A stretch of DNA of 64,000 nucleotides, from contig CAWDVE010000019.1 of the NCBI GenBank assembly GCA_963805625.1, forward strand, positions 224,001 through 288,000, read 5' to 3'. Origin of the DNA: an uncultured Candidatus Rokubacteria bacterium. GTDB lineage: Bacteria; Methylomirabilota; Methylomirabilia; Rokubacteriales; DASRDR01. Within the stretch, counting starts at the first letter, position 1. Each line of letters opens with the position of its first letter. Below the pieces are notes generated by a model, which worked only from the letters and a program-made list of their open reading frames with translations, was not told where the DNA came from and did no database searches. The translations under genes were made by a program, and so were the position numbers. Positions 50,275 to 60,161 of the stretch are shown here, one piece after another.

Positions 50275-51066
50275 CTAGCCGTCCAGGAAAGCGAGCACGA
50301 GCTCGGCGAAGCGCTCGGGGTGCTCGAAGGGCGGGAGGTGTCCGCAGCGGTCGAGGATCTCGAGCCGCGCGCCCGGGATGCCGCGCGCGTATGCCTCGCC
50401 GTAGGCGAGCGGGATCAGCCGGTCCTCGCGGCCCCACACGACGAGCGTCGGCGCGCCGACCCGCCAGAGCCGGCCCGTGAGCTTCCGGTACTGCTGGGCC
50501 GGATTCCACAGGAGCCGGGCCGCCGCCTCGCGGCCGCGCAGCACCGTTTCGAGCCGCTCCGGCGGTGGCGCGTCGGGCATGATTGCCTTGGCGACCGGCG
50601 ACGCGGGGTCGTGGAACATGAGTTCCCGCACCTTCGGCGGCGGCATCATGAACGGGTTGCCCATCGGCACGCCCGGCACTCGCACGCCCGCCGCGTCGAC
50701 CAGCACCAGGCGGTTCACGCGCGCCGGGTGGCGGAGCGCCAGCTCGGCCGCGAGCCAGCCGCCCAGGGACAGGCCGACCACGTCGACCCGGTCGACGCCG
50801 AGGGTGTCCAGCACGTCGAGCGTGTGAAAGACCAGGTCCTCCATCGTCTCGATTGCGTCGAGTCCCTCGGAGGCGCCGAACCCCGGGTGCACGGGCAGGA
50901 GGATCCGGCGACGCACGGCGAGAAGGTCGTGGACGGGCATCCACCAGAACGTGCCGGCGCCGTGGAGGTAGAGGAGCGGCCGTCCGGAGCCCCCCTCGAA
51001 CAGCTGGATGCGGCGGCCGTGGACGGTGAGCGCGCGCTCGTGACCGCGCGAGGCGACGGCTTCCAC
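50275..51066 (-). CDS. Alpha/beta hydrolase
   Basis: YLHGAG, PGFG, GLSLGG, WGRED, CGHLP. Confidence 0.9.
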   Translation of the reverse strand: MEAVASRGHERALTVHGRRIQLFEGGSGRPLLYLHGAGTFWWMPVHDLLAVRRRILLPVHPGFGASEGLDAIETMEDLVFHTLDVLDTLGVDRVDVVGLSLGGWLAAELALRHPARVNRLVLVDAAGVRVPGVPMGNPFMMPPPKVRELMFHDPASPVAKAIMPDAPPPERLETVLRGREAAARLLWNPAQQYRKLTGRLWRVGAPTLVVWGREDRLIPLAYGEAYARGIPGARLEILDRCGHLPPFEHPERFAELVLAFLDG

Positions 51067-51271
51067 CGCGCTCAGCTCGCTCCCCGGGATCCGGCCGGGA
51101 TGCCGTCCACGACTTTCGTGTCCGGGAGCGCCTGACGGATGGCGAGCGCCGGACCGCGAAGGAGCGGGGGGCACGCGAGGGAGGACGCGAGCTGGATCAC
51201 CGGCGCTTTCCTCTCGAGGCTCAGCGTGCCGCCTACCATATCACACGGCCCGCAGCGCGCCCGGCCCGGCG

Positions 51272-51300
51272 TCGCCGAAGCGCCTCGCCCCGGCTATACT
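51272..51300 (+). promoter_or_regulatory. Putative sigma70 promoter of the MetE-like gene
   Basis: TCGCCG-17 nt-TATACT. Confidence 0.45.
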
Positions 51301-51338
51301 GCGCCCCAGCCAGGTCGAAGGCCGCCGCACCCGGCATC

Positions 51339-51387
51339 GGGCCGAAGGCCGCCCGGCCGGCCGCAGGCGCGGGCGCGCTGGCGGAGC
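51339..51387 (+). repeat. Intergenic motif A, copy 1
   Basis: About 40/50 aligned positions match 58731-58779 (hand alignment). Confidence 0.6.
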
Positions 51388-51425
51388 TGGAACGACCGGC
51401 TGATCTCTGGAGAGGTGGTGACGTC

Positions 51426-52454
51426 ATGCTCTTTCCCACCACGCTCGTCGGCAGCTATCCGCAGCCCGACTGGCTGATCGACCGCCAGCGCCTGGCCGGC
51501 CGCTTCCCGCCTCGCGTGCGGGCGCGCGAGCTCTGGCGAGTAGGGGAGCCCTGGCTCCGTGAGGCGCAGGACGACGCGACCCTTCTCGCGATCCGCGCAC
51601 AGGAGGCCGCGGGGCTCGACATCCTCACCGACGGCGAGATCCGGCGGGAGAGCTACTCGAATCGCTTCGCCACGGCGCTCGAGGGCGTCGACATCGACAA
51701 CCCGGGCACGGCACTGGACCGGTCGGGCCACCCTAACCCGGTGCCACGCATCGTGGGCCCCGTGCGCCGCCGGCACCCCGTCGAGGTGGAAGACGTCCGA
51801 TTCCTCCGCGCGCACACGACGAAGCAGATCAAGATGACCGTGCCGGGGCCGTTCACCATGAGCCAGCAGGCGCAGAACGACTACTATCCGAGCGAGGAGG
51901 CCGCGGCGATGGATTACGCCACGGCCGTGAACGAGGAGATCCGCGACCTCTTCGCCGCCGGCGCCGACATCGTCCAGATCGACGAGCCGTACATGCAGGC
52001 GCGGCCCGAGAAGGCGCGGCAATTCGGGCTCCGGGCGCTCAACCGCGCGCTCGAGGACGCCGGCGGCACGACGGCCGTCCACATCTGCTTCGGCTATGCG
52101 GCGATCATCCACCAGCGCCCGTCGGCATACTCGTTCCTGCCCGAGCTGGCCGGCTGCAGCTGCCGGCAGGTGTCGATCGAGACCGCGCAGTCCGGTCTCG
52201 ACTGCGCCATCCTGGCCGGGCTTCCCGGGAAGCAGATCATGCTGGGGTGCCTCGATCTGAGCGACACGGCCGTCGAGACGGCGGAGACCGTGGCTCAGCG
52301 CGTCAAGCGGGCGCTGCCCTACGTTCCCGCCGAGAACCTGATCCTGGCGCCGGACTGCGGGATGAAGTACCTGCCGCAGGACGTGGCGTTCGGCAAGATG
52401 CGGGCCATGGTGGCCGCGGCGAGAATGCTGCGGGCGGAGCTCGGCGCTCGGTGA
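51426..52454 (+). CDS. Single-barrel cobalamin-independent methionine synthase-like Zn enzyme
   Basis: TTLVGSYPQP, TDGEIRR, QIDEP, HIC, E, APDCG. Confidence 0.9.
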   Translation: MLFPTTLVGSYPQPDWLIDRQRLAGRFPPRVRARELWRVGEPWLREAQDDATLLAIRAQEAAGLDILTDGEIRRESYSNRFATALEGVDIDNPGTALDRSGHPNPVPRIVGPVRRRHPVEVEDVRFLRAHTTKQIKMTVPGPFTMSQQAQNDYYPSEEAAAMDYATAVNEEIRDLFAAGADIVQIDEPYMQARPEKARQFGLRALNRALEDAGGTTAVHICFGYAAIIHQRPSAYSFLPELAGCSCRQVSIETAQSGLDCAILAGLPGKQIMLGCLDLSDTAVETAETVAQRVKRALPYVPAENLILAPDCGMKYLPQDVAFGKMRAMVAAARMLRAELGAR

Positions 52455-52533
52455 GCGAGCCGCCCGAGGGCGAGGCTTCCAACCGGGCGCATGTCCAGCC
52501 GGGGCCCGAGCGCCCCGCGATCCGGGAGATCCG

Positions 52534-53547
52534 ATGAGGATCGACGTCTTCCCCCACATCTTCCCCAAGCGCTTCTTCGACCGGATGTGCGAGGTGGTGT
52601 CGCCCTCGCAGTACATGCAGAAGCGGACGCGCGCGATTCCGGTGCTGACCGATCTCGACCTGCGCTTCCGGATCATGGACCGCTACGAGGGGTACGTGCA
52701 GGTGCTGACGCTGTGCTCGCCTCCGCTCGAGACGTACGCCGACCCGGAGCTGGCCGCCGACCTCGCGCGCCTCGCCAACGACGGCATGGCGGAGATCGTC
52801 GAGCGGCACCCCGACCGCTTCCCCGGCTTCGTGGCGTCGCTTCCGATGAACCACCCCGACGCGGCCGTGCGCGAGATCGACCGCGCCATCGACGAGCTCG
52901 GGGCGACGGGCGTCCAGATCTTCTCGAACGTGAACGGCGCGCCCCTCGACGCGCCCGAGTACCGGCCGGTCTTCGAGCGCATGGCCGCCCATCGCCTGCC
53001 GATCTGGCTGCACCCGGCCCGCCCGGTGTCGTTCGCGGACTACAAGGGCGAGTCGCGGTCCAGGTACGACATCTGGTGGGCCTTCGGCTGGCCCTACGAG
53101 ACCACCGCCGCCATGGCTCGGCTCGTCTTCGACGGCCTCTTCGAGCGCTGGCCGGACCTCCGGATCATCACGCACCATATGGGCGCGATGGTTCCGCACT
53201 TCGAGGGGCGGGCCGGATACGGGCTCGACCAGCTTGGGACTCGGACCGACGATCTCGACGACCTCGAGGCGGCGCGCCGGCTCACGGGCCGGCCGGTCGA
53301 CCACTTTCGAAAATTCTACGGCGACACCGCGCTCTTCGGCGCGTCCCACGCCATGGAGTGCGGGCTGGCGTTCTTCGGCGCCGACCACGTCCTCTTCGGC
53401 ACCGACATGCCCTTCGATCCCGAGCGCGGCCCTGGGTTCATCCGCGAGACGATCGCCGCCATGGAGCGGATGCGGGCGACCCCGGCGGAGAAGGCGCAGA
53501 TCTACGAGGGGAACGCCCGCCGGATGCTGCGGCTCCGGCTCTCCTGA
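52534..53547 (+). CDS. Amidohydrolase-2 family protein (ACMSD/LigW-like decarboxylase or hydratase)
   Basis: IDVFPH, WLHP, FGWPYET, ITHHMG, FGTDMPFD. Confidence 0.9.
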   Translation: MRIDVFPHIFPKRFFDRMCEVVSPSQYMQKRTRAIPVLTDLDLRFRIMDRYEGYVQVLTLCSPPLETYADPELAADLARLANDGMAEIVERHPDRFPGFVASLPMNHPDAAVREIDRAIDELGATGVQIFSNVNGAPLDAPEYRPVFERMAAHRLPIWLHPARPVSFADYKGESRSRYDIWWAFGWPYETTAAMARLVFDGLFERWPDLRIITHHMGAMVPHFEGRAGYGLDQLGTRTDDLDDLEAARRLTGRPVDHFRKFYGDTALFGASHAMECGLAFFGADHVLFGTDMPFDPERGPGFIRETIAAMERMRATPAEKAQIYEGNARRMLRLRLS

Positions 53548-53598
53548 TCGCGGGCGAGCCGGGGCTGCCGCGACACTGGTATGATCGGCTCATTCGCC

Positions 53599-53640
53599 GA
53601 CGTCGCGCGGGCCGCAGGCCGGAGCCGGCGCGACCAGATG
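53599..53640 (+). repeat. Intergenic motif B, copy 1
   Basis: 36/42 nt identical to 60120-60161. Confidence 0.75.
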
Positions 53641-53650
53641 GAGGGCCACG

Positions 53651-54562
53651 ATGCCGGTTCGATCTCTACTCCACTACGCCCTCGAGGTGCCCGACCAGAC
53701 GGTCGGGGAGACGTTCTACCGGACGTTCGGGCTCGTCGACCAGCCGGCGCGGGACGGCGCCGTGCACCTGCGCCCCGGCGATCTCGGGCGCACGTGCACG
53801 CTGCTCTACGGCGGACCGAGGAAGCGCCTCCATCACTTGGCGTTCGGCGCCCCCGGTGACCAGTACGAGGCGGTGCGGGAGTCGATCCGCCGCGCGGGCG
53901 TGCGCGAGGTCGATCCGCCGCGGGGCGCGCCCGACGGCGGGCTCTGGATCCGCGATCCGGACGGCCACCACGTGAACGTCCGCCCGGAGGGGAGCCAGGA
54001 TCCCCCGCCCGACCCGCCGCTCGCCGTCAACAGCCCGGGCCATATCCAGCGTCAGGTGGTGCGTGGCAGCCCCGACCGGAGCGCCCGGGCGGCGCCCCGG
54101 AAGCTCGGACACGTCCTTCTCTTCACCCCGGACGTCGATCGCCAGGTCGACTTCTACACCCGGGTGCTTGGCCTCAAGCTCTCCGACCGGGTGAAGAGCA
54201 TCATCGCCTTCACGCGCTGCACGACCGACCACCACAATCTGGCGTTCCTCACGTCCAAGGGGCCGGGATTCCACCACGCGTCGTTCCAGGTGGGTTCGGT
54301 GGACGAGATCGCGGTTGGCGCCGCCCGGATGCACGACGCGGGCTGGCAGAAGGGCTGGGGGCTCGGCCGCCACGTCATCGGGTCCAACTACTTCCATTAC
54401 ACGCGTGATCCCTGGGGGAGCTTCGCCGAGTACTACCACGACCTGGACTACATCCCGGAAGAGTGCGCCTGGGTCCCGCGCGACTTCCCGGAAGAGGACT
54501 CGCTCTATGTCTGGGGCCCGCCCTTGCCTCCGGAGTTCGTCGAGAACACCGAGCTCGCCTGA
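53651..54562 (+). CDS. Two-domain VOC protein, type I extradiol dioxygenase-like
   Basis: LGHVLL, DHH, FHHASF, GRHVIGSNYFHYTRDPWGSFAEY signature. Confidence 0.88.
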   Translation: MPVRSLLHYALEVPDQTVGETFYRTFGLVDQPARDGAVHLRPGDLGRTCTLLYGGPRKRLHHLAFGAPGDQYEAVRESIRRAGVREVDPPRGAPDGGLWIRDPDGHHVNVRPEGSQDPPPDPPLAVNSPGHIQRQVVRGSPDRSARAAPRKLGHVLLFTPDVDRQVDFYTRVLGLKLSDRVKSIIAFTRCTTDHHNLAFLTSKGPGFHHASFQVGSVDEIAVGAARMHDAGWQKGWGLGRHVIGSNYFHYTRDPWGSFAEYYHDLDYIPEECAWVPRDFPEEDSLYVWGPPLPPEFVENTELA

Positions 54563-54572
54563 GGGACGCCGG

Positions 54573-55289
54573 GTGGCGCGCTGGCTCGCCGCGCTCCTCC
54601 TTAGCCTGTCAGCCGCCGCCGTGTCGGCGGAGCCGGTCACGGACGGCTTCGAAACCGAGACGCTCGGGCCCCTCTGGAACCCGCGCTTCGTGACCCCGGG
54701 GCGGGTGTCCGTGCAGCGCGAGCTGGTCCACTCCGGGGCCGCTGCCCTCCGGGTCGAGATCCACGAGGGCGACGTCCCGATGGTGGGATCCGACGGCGCG
54801 GAGAGCGAGCGGACGGAGGTCGAGGAAGCGGACGGGCTGAACCCCCGGTTCGGAGAGACCCACGAGTACGCGTTCAGCATGTACGTGCCGGCCGACTTCC
54901 CGATCGTCGACACGCGGCTCGTCACCGCACAGTGGCACCAGCGCTGCCTCGTCTGCCTGAAGCGCAGCCCGATCGTGGCGCAGCGCTTCCGTCGCGGCGT
55001 CGTCACCATCACGGTCGACTCCGTGGCCGGCCGCACCACGGTTTACCGGCACCCCAAGCCGATCCGGGGCCAGTGGGTCGATCTTCGCTACCGCATCCGG
55101 TTCGGGCTCACCGACGGCGCCGTCGCCGTCTGGCTGGACGGTCTCCCCGTCGTCGATTACACCGGGCCGCTCGGCTATCCGGACGACGCTCCCGACGTGG
55201 ACTTCCGGTTCGGTCTCTACCGGGACCGGATGGCGACGCCGATGGTCATCTACTTCGACGACTACCGGAAGGAGCGCCTGATCCCGTAG
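54573..55289 (+). CDS. Secreted polysaccharide lyase-like (heparin lyase I/PL20-type jelly roll) protein
   Basis: Signal peptide; ERTE, YAFSMYVP.DF, QWH, FRFGLYR, YFDDY. Confidence 0.75.
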   Translation: MARWLAALLLSLSAAAVSAEPVTDGFETETLGPLWNPRFVTPGRVSVQRELVHSGAAALRVEIHEGDVPMVGSDGAESERTEVEEADGLNPRFGETHEYAFSMYVPADFPIVDTRLVTAQWHQRCLVCLKRSPIVAQRFRRGVVTITVDSVAGRTTVYRHPKPIRGQWVDLRYRIRFGLTDGAVAVWLDGLPVVDYTGPLGYPDDAPDVDFRFGLYRDRMATPMVIYFDDYRKERLIP

Positions 55290-56009
55290 CCGTCGCGGCC
55301 GGTGGCGGCTGCAGCGCGTCGATCACCCGAAGGAAGCCCTCGATGGCCAACTCGAGTCCCGCGACCTCACGACGATTTTGGAGGTCAGCCTGGGCTTCGA
55401 CGAGTTCCAGGGGGGAGGATCGGCGTGGACCAAGGCGCAGTGGCTCGTTCCGGGTGGCGGGGCCCTGGCTCAGCTTCTCGAGTTCAGCCCGGTTCGGCAC
55501 GCCCGTGCGCCGCTGGTTCACGCAGGTCGATCTGGCCCGTCTCGCGCCGCGCTACCGGTGGAGCGCGCTGGTCGTGGGCGGGAGCAGCCTCGCCGCGGGA
55601 ACCCCGCTGCCCCTGCCGGAGCATGCGCCGCTCGAGGATCCGTCGGCCATCGTTCACGGTTCTCCATGAGGGCGCCGTTCCCCATCTGTTCACCCGCGGA
55701 CCTTGAGGCTGTCGCCGGGGCCTTCCTGACTGCGATCGGCGCCGGCTCCCCGGCCGAGCAGGGCATGACCCTGGCTTGGCGGAACGCACGGTTTCTCGGA
55801 GTAAAGCGGCGAACGCCGGTGGTCCTGCCATCGGGGAAGATCCGCCCGATCCACCTTCTCTCGGGCCTTGCTGCCCATTCGGATGGCGGTAAGCCTCGAT
55901 GAAGCCGTGATGCGCGGGCGCCGCGTCCATCCCTTGCCGTGCGGAACACGAGAGGGCGGGATGGGCGGGGGCGTGGTGTGACCCGACGGCCGCTCGTATA
56001 CTGCGCCGC

Positions 56010-57248
56010 ATGCCCGAATTCACCTGGCTGCGCCTGGTCGCGCTGGTCGCCTTCGTAGGTACGTACCTGGGCCTTGCCCTCGGCCGCCTCCCGGGCTTCC
56101 GCGTGGACCGGACGGGCGTGGCCATCATCGGCGCGACGGTGATGGTGGTCGCCGGAGTGCTGCCCTGGGACAAGGCGGTCGCCGCCGTCGACGCCCACAC
56201 GCTCGTGCTCCTCTTCGGCATGATGATCGTCGCGGCGTACCTCAGGCTCTCCGGGTTCTTCCACCTGGTGACGCACTGGGCGGTCCGGCACGCACGAGGC
56301 CCCGTCGGGCTCCTGGCGGTGGTCGCCCTGGCGGCGGGTGTCCTCTCGGCGCTCTTCGTCAACGACGTGATCTGTCTCGTCCTCGCGCCGGTCGTGCTGG
56401 CAGTGGTGCGGCAGCTCCGGCTGCCGCCGGTGCCGTACCTCCTGGTTCTCGCGACGGCCGCCAACGTCGGGAGCGTCGCCACCCTGACCGGCAATCCCCA
56501 GAACATGCTCATCGGCAGCTTCTCGGGAATCAGCTACCGCGCGTTCCTCGCCCGCGAGGCCCCGGTGGCCTTGGTCGGTCTCGCGTGCGTCGTCGCGGTG
56601 CTCTGGCTCGTCTATCGGCGTCAGCTGCCGGCCGCGCTGCCTCCCGTGAACCTGGCCGCCAACTTCCCGATCCACGCCGCGCTCATGACGAAGACGATCG
56701 TGGCGGTGTGCGTCATGCTCGTCGCGTTCTTTGCCGGCGTGCCGATCGCGCTCGTCGCGGTCGGCGGGGCGGCCGTGTGCCTCCTCACGAGGCGGGTCAA
56801 GCCCGAGAAGGTCTACCGCGAGATCGACTGGCACCTCCTGGTCCTGTTCGTCGGGCTGTTCGTCATCATCGGGGGAGTCGAGGAGGCGCGGCTGACCGAC
56901 TATCTCTTCGGCCTGGCGGGCCGGTTCGCCCTGTACCGGCCGGCCGTGCTCACGGTCGTCACGGCCATCCTCTCGAACCTCGTCTCGAACGTGCCTGCGG
57001 TGCTCCTGTTCAAGACCGTGGTCCCGGGCTTCGGGGAGCCCGCACGAGCGTGGCTCATCCTGGCGATGGCGTCCACCCTCGCGGGCAACCTCACCATCAT
57101 CGGCTCGGTCGCCAACCTGATCGTGGTCGAGGCCGCGCGCCAGGAGCGCATCACGATCGGGTTCTGGGAGTACGCGCGGGTGGGCATCCCCGTCACGCTG
57201 GTGACGCTGGTCTTCGGCTGGGCCATCCTCGTCCTGCTTCCGGCCTAG
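56010..57248 (+). CDS. ArsB/NhaD/CitMHS superfamily anion transporter
   Basis: SALFVND, GSVATLTGNPQN, SNVPA, STLAGN..GSVANLIV. Confidence 0.92.
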   Translation: MPEFTWLRLVALVAFVGTYLGLALGRLPGFRVDRTGVAIIGATVMVVAGVLPWDKAVAAVDAHTLVLLFGMMIVAAYLRLSGFFHLVTHWAVRHARGPVGLLAVVALAAGVLSALFVNDVICLVLAPVVLAVVRQLRLPPVPYLLVLATAANVGSVATLTGNPQNMLIGSFSGISYRAFLAREAPVALVGLACVVAVLWLVYRRQLPAALPPVNLAANFPIHAALMTKTIVAVCVMLVAFFAGVPIALVAVGGAAVCLLTRRVKPEKVYREIDWHLLVLFVGLFVIIGGVEEARLTDYLFGLAGRFALYRPAVLTVVTAILSNLVSNVPAVLLFKTVVPGFGEPARAWLILAMASTLAGNLTIIGSVANLIVVEAARQERITIGFWEYARVGIPVTLVTLVFGWAILVLLPA

Positions 57249-57341
57249 CAGGAGGCTTCCGGGCCGTTCTGTCCCGGGTCCCGGAGGGGTCTTTCGGGGA
57301 GCCGATCGGGAAGGGTTGCCGGGAAACTTGCTTTCGGACGG

Positions 57342-58487
57342 CTACGGCCAGAACTCGCGCGAGGCCAGACGGGCGCCCTCCGCGAGGCTGGCCAGCTTCG
57401 CCCATACGACGCCCGGATCCACCGCGGCCTGGCCAACCCACGTGCCGTAGCCGCAGTCGGTGCCGGCGATGACGTTCTCCCGGCCGACCAGCTTCGCGTA
57501 GCGGCCGATCCGTTGGGCCACCAGCTCGGGGTGCTCGATGTAGTTCGTCTTGGACTCGAGCACGCCGGGGATGAGGATCTTGCCCTCGGGGAGCCGCACG
57601 CGCTCGAAGAGCCGCCACTCGTGCGCGTGGCGCGGATTGGCGGCCTCGAACGAGACGCCGCTGGGCCGGGCCGCGAAGACGATGTCGACGATGTCCTCGA
57701 GCGGCACGTCGTGGTGGTGGGGCCCCTCGTAGTTGCCCCAGCACACGTGCATACGCACTCGGTCTGCCGGCACGCCGGCGAGGGCTTGGTTGAGCGCCTC
57801 GACGTGGAGGCGCGCCATCCGCCGGAACTCCTCGAGGCTCAGGGCGGCGAACTGGATGTGCCGTCCCATGGCGAGATCCGGGCAGTCCACCTGGAGCAGG
57901 AGCCCCGCACGTACCACCGCCTCGTACTCGTGCCGCATGGCGTCCGCGATGGCGAAGAGGTAGGCCTCGTGGCTCGGGTAGTGGTCGTTCCGGAAGAAGA
58001 GAGAGATCACCCCCGGCGAGGCCGCCGTCAGGAACGCTTCCGTGGCCTGGACGGAGGCGAGCGCCGCCTTGAGATTCTCGGCGTCGGTCTCGGCCGCCCG
58101 CGCGTCGCGCACGGCGATCGGCCCATTGCAGGCCGGGGTCCGGCGCCGGGATCGCCCGGGATCGCCGAAGACGCGCTTGGCCAGCTCCGGGAAGTCCACG
58201 AGGTCCCGGTACTGGAGCGGCTGGCTCGTGCCACCGAACCCGGCCAGGCGATCCTTCACGTAGGTGGCGTAGCTCGGCTTGCTGAGCTCACCGTCGTCGA
58301 TCACGTCCACGCCCGCGTCCGCCTGCTTCCGCACGACCTCGGCCACCGCAGTCCGGGTGCGCGCCGCGAGGGCGGCGCCGTCGATCGGCACCCCTTCCTC
58401 CCGAGCGAACATCGCCCGCACCAGGTCGTCGGGCCGCGGCAGGCTGCCGGTGTGCGTGGTGAGGAACCGATCGCGGCTCTGTCTCAT
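57342..58487 (-). CDS. Cobalamin-independent methionine synthase II / epoxyalkane:CoM transferase-like Zn enzyme
   Basis: TTHTGSLPRP, DGE.SK, QVDCPDL, HVCWGNYEGPH, FEAANPRHAHEW, TDCG. Confidence 0.9.
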   Translation of the reverse strand: MRQSRDRFLTTHTGSLPRPDDLVRAMFAREEGVPIDGAALAARTRTAVAEVVRKQADAGVDVIDDGELSKPSYATYVKDRLAGFGGTSQPLQYRDLVDFPELAKRVFGDPGRSRRRTPACNGPIAVRDARAAETDAENLKAALASVQATEAFLTAASPGVISLFFRNDHYPSHEAYLFAIADAMRHEYEAVVRAGLLLQVDCPDLAMGRHIQFAALSLEEFRRMARLHVEALNQALAGVPADRVRMHVCWGNYEGPHHHDVPLEDIVDIVFAARPSGVSFEAANPRHAHEWRLFERVRLPEGKILIPGVLESKTNYIEHPELVAQRIGRYAKLVGRENVIAGTDCGYGTWVGQAAVDPGVVWAKLASLAEGARLASREFWP

Positions 58488-58730
58488 GCGAAGCACCGGT
58501 CGGCGGCGGGGAGCGGCGTCTCGGCGGGCCGAGACCTTCCCCGGAGAGGGAGAGACGCGGGCCAGGCCCGCGGTGGAGACGGAGCAGTGATGGGCGGACA
58601 AATGATCATCGCGTGGCGTCAGTGGGATTCGACCAGGTGGCTAGGCTACCATGCAAGGCCTTCCCCTGCGCGCCGTCGCTGGTATAGAGTCGTGCCGCAC
58701 CCGCCGATCACAGGCTGCCGCGTCCGCCAC

Positions 58731-58779
58731 AGGCCGAGGGCCGTTTGACGGCCGCAGGCGCGAGGCGCGCCGGCCGAGC
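58731..58779 (+). repeat. Intergenic motif A, copy 2
   Basis: Aligns with 51339-51387; lies between the TATAGA -10-like element and the GGGAGG RBS. Confidence 0.6.
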
Positions 58780-58794
58780 CAAGGGAGGCTAGCC

Positions 58795-60003
58795 ATGACG
58801 CTCTCATCCCGGATGCTGGGCACGCTCGCCGTCGTCCTGCTGGTCGCGGCGGCCGTGCCTGTTGCCGGCCTGGCCGCTCCGGCCGGGCCGCCGGTCCGCA
58901 TCGGGAGCTCGCTCGCCCTCACGGGCCCCTTGGCGGCGACGGCGCTCGTGCACAAGATCACGGGCGAGATCTACGTCGACGAGCTGAACCGGAAGAACGG
59001 GCTCCTCGGCCGGCCGGTCGAGTGGGTCCTGCTCGACGACCAGTCCAGGCCCGATCTTGCCCGCACGCTCTACGAGCGCCTGATCACGGTGGACAAGGTC
59101 GATCTCCTCATCGGGCCGTACGCCACCGGTTCGATCCTCTCGGCCATGGGGGTCGCGCAGCGCTACGACAAGCTCCTGGTGCACCACACCTTCGGCATGC
59201 CGCACCTCGCGAAGTACGAGCGCCAGTTCCCCGCGTGGGCGCTCGGCCCGGAGCCCGGCCGCACGTTCCCGAACCTCCTGTTCGACGCGCTGGCCGCCTC
59301 GTCCAAGCCGCCCCAGACGATCGCGATCGTGACCGACAAGTTCCCGTCGGTGCACTTCGTGTCGACGGGCGCTCGCGAAGTGGCGCAGAAACGGGGCCTG
59401 CGAGAGGCCCTGTACCTCGAGTTCGAGTTCGGCACCCGGGACTTCGGGCCAATCGCCGCGCGGATCAAGGACGCCAACCCCGACTTCCTGTGGGTGGGCG
59501 CGATCGGGCTCGACGGAAACCAGATCCTGGACGCGCTGAAGAAGATCGACTACACACCGAAGCGCCACTTCTACCTCTACCCGGCCCCCGGCCCGCTCGC
59601 CAAGGCGCCCGAGGGCAAGGGCGCGCTGTCCACCACCGTCTTCGAGGAGCACCCCCCGTTCACCAACGGCGCTGCGGCGATGGAGTTCGTGAAGCTCTTC
59701 CGCGAGCGGGCGACCAAGGCCGGGCTGCCCTACACGGTTGTCGACGTTCAGGCGGCCGCGTCGTACACGGCGTGGCAGCTGCTGGAGATCTCCGTGACGG
59801 CCACCAAGAGCCTGGACGACAAGGTGCTGGCGCAGTGGCTCAAGGCGAACCGGCCCGACACCATCATCGGCAAGCTCCGCTTCGATGGGCCCAACAACTA
59901 CGGAGACGACCTGTCCAAGGTGAAGCAGGTGCAGGACGGGCGGTGGCTGGTGGTGTGGCCGAAGGAGTACGCCGCACCCGGAGCCACGCTCCTCGTCCCG
60001 TGA
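58795..60003 (+). CDS. Branched-chain amino acid-type ABC substrate-binding protein
   Basis: VRIGSSLALTG, NGLLGRPVE...DDQS, VDLLIGPY; signal peptide. Confidence 0.92.
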   Translation: MTLSSRMLGTLAVVLLVAAAVPVAGLAAPAGPPVRIGSSLALTGPLAATALVHKITGEIYVDELNRKNGLLGRPVEWVLLDDQSRPDLARTLYERLITVDKVDLLIGPYATGSILSAMGVAQRYDKLLVHHTFGMPHLAKYERQFPAWALGPEPGRTFPNLLFDALAASSKPPQTIAIVTDKFPSVHFVSTGAREVAQKRGLREALYLEFEFGTRDFGPIAARIKDANPDFLWVGAIGLDGNQILDALKKIDYTPKRHFYLYPAPGPLAKAPEGKGALSTTVFEEHPPFTNGAAAMEFVKLFRERATKAGLPYTVVDVQAAASYTAWQLLEISVTATKSLDDKVLAQWLKANRPDTIIGKLRFDGPNNYGDDLSKVKQVQDGRWLVVWPKEYAAPGATLLVP

Positions 60004-60119
60004 CCGGGGCGATACGCGTCGCATCCCGTCGTCTGTCATCCCGGCCGGGATGCGTTCGGCCTACGGCCTCCCGGCCATCCCGGCCTCTGGGGGCCGCGGC
60101 CGGCCTCCCAGCAGGGCGC

Positions 60120-60161
60120 GACGTCGCGGAAGCCGCAGGCTGGAGCCGTCGCGCCCAGATG
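60120..60161 (+). repeat. Intergenic motif B, copy 2, within a 317-bp hairpin-rich spacer
   Basis: 36/42 nt identical to 53599-53640; GCGCGACG...CGTCGCGC stem. Confidence 0.75.

Noticed and set aside
51301-51425. SAM or cobalamin riboswitch upstream of the MetE-like gene
   Set aside because: No SAM-I/II or B12-box consensus visible; reported only as an unknown shared motif
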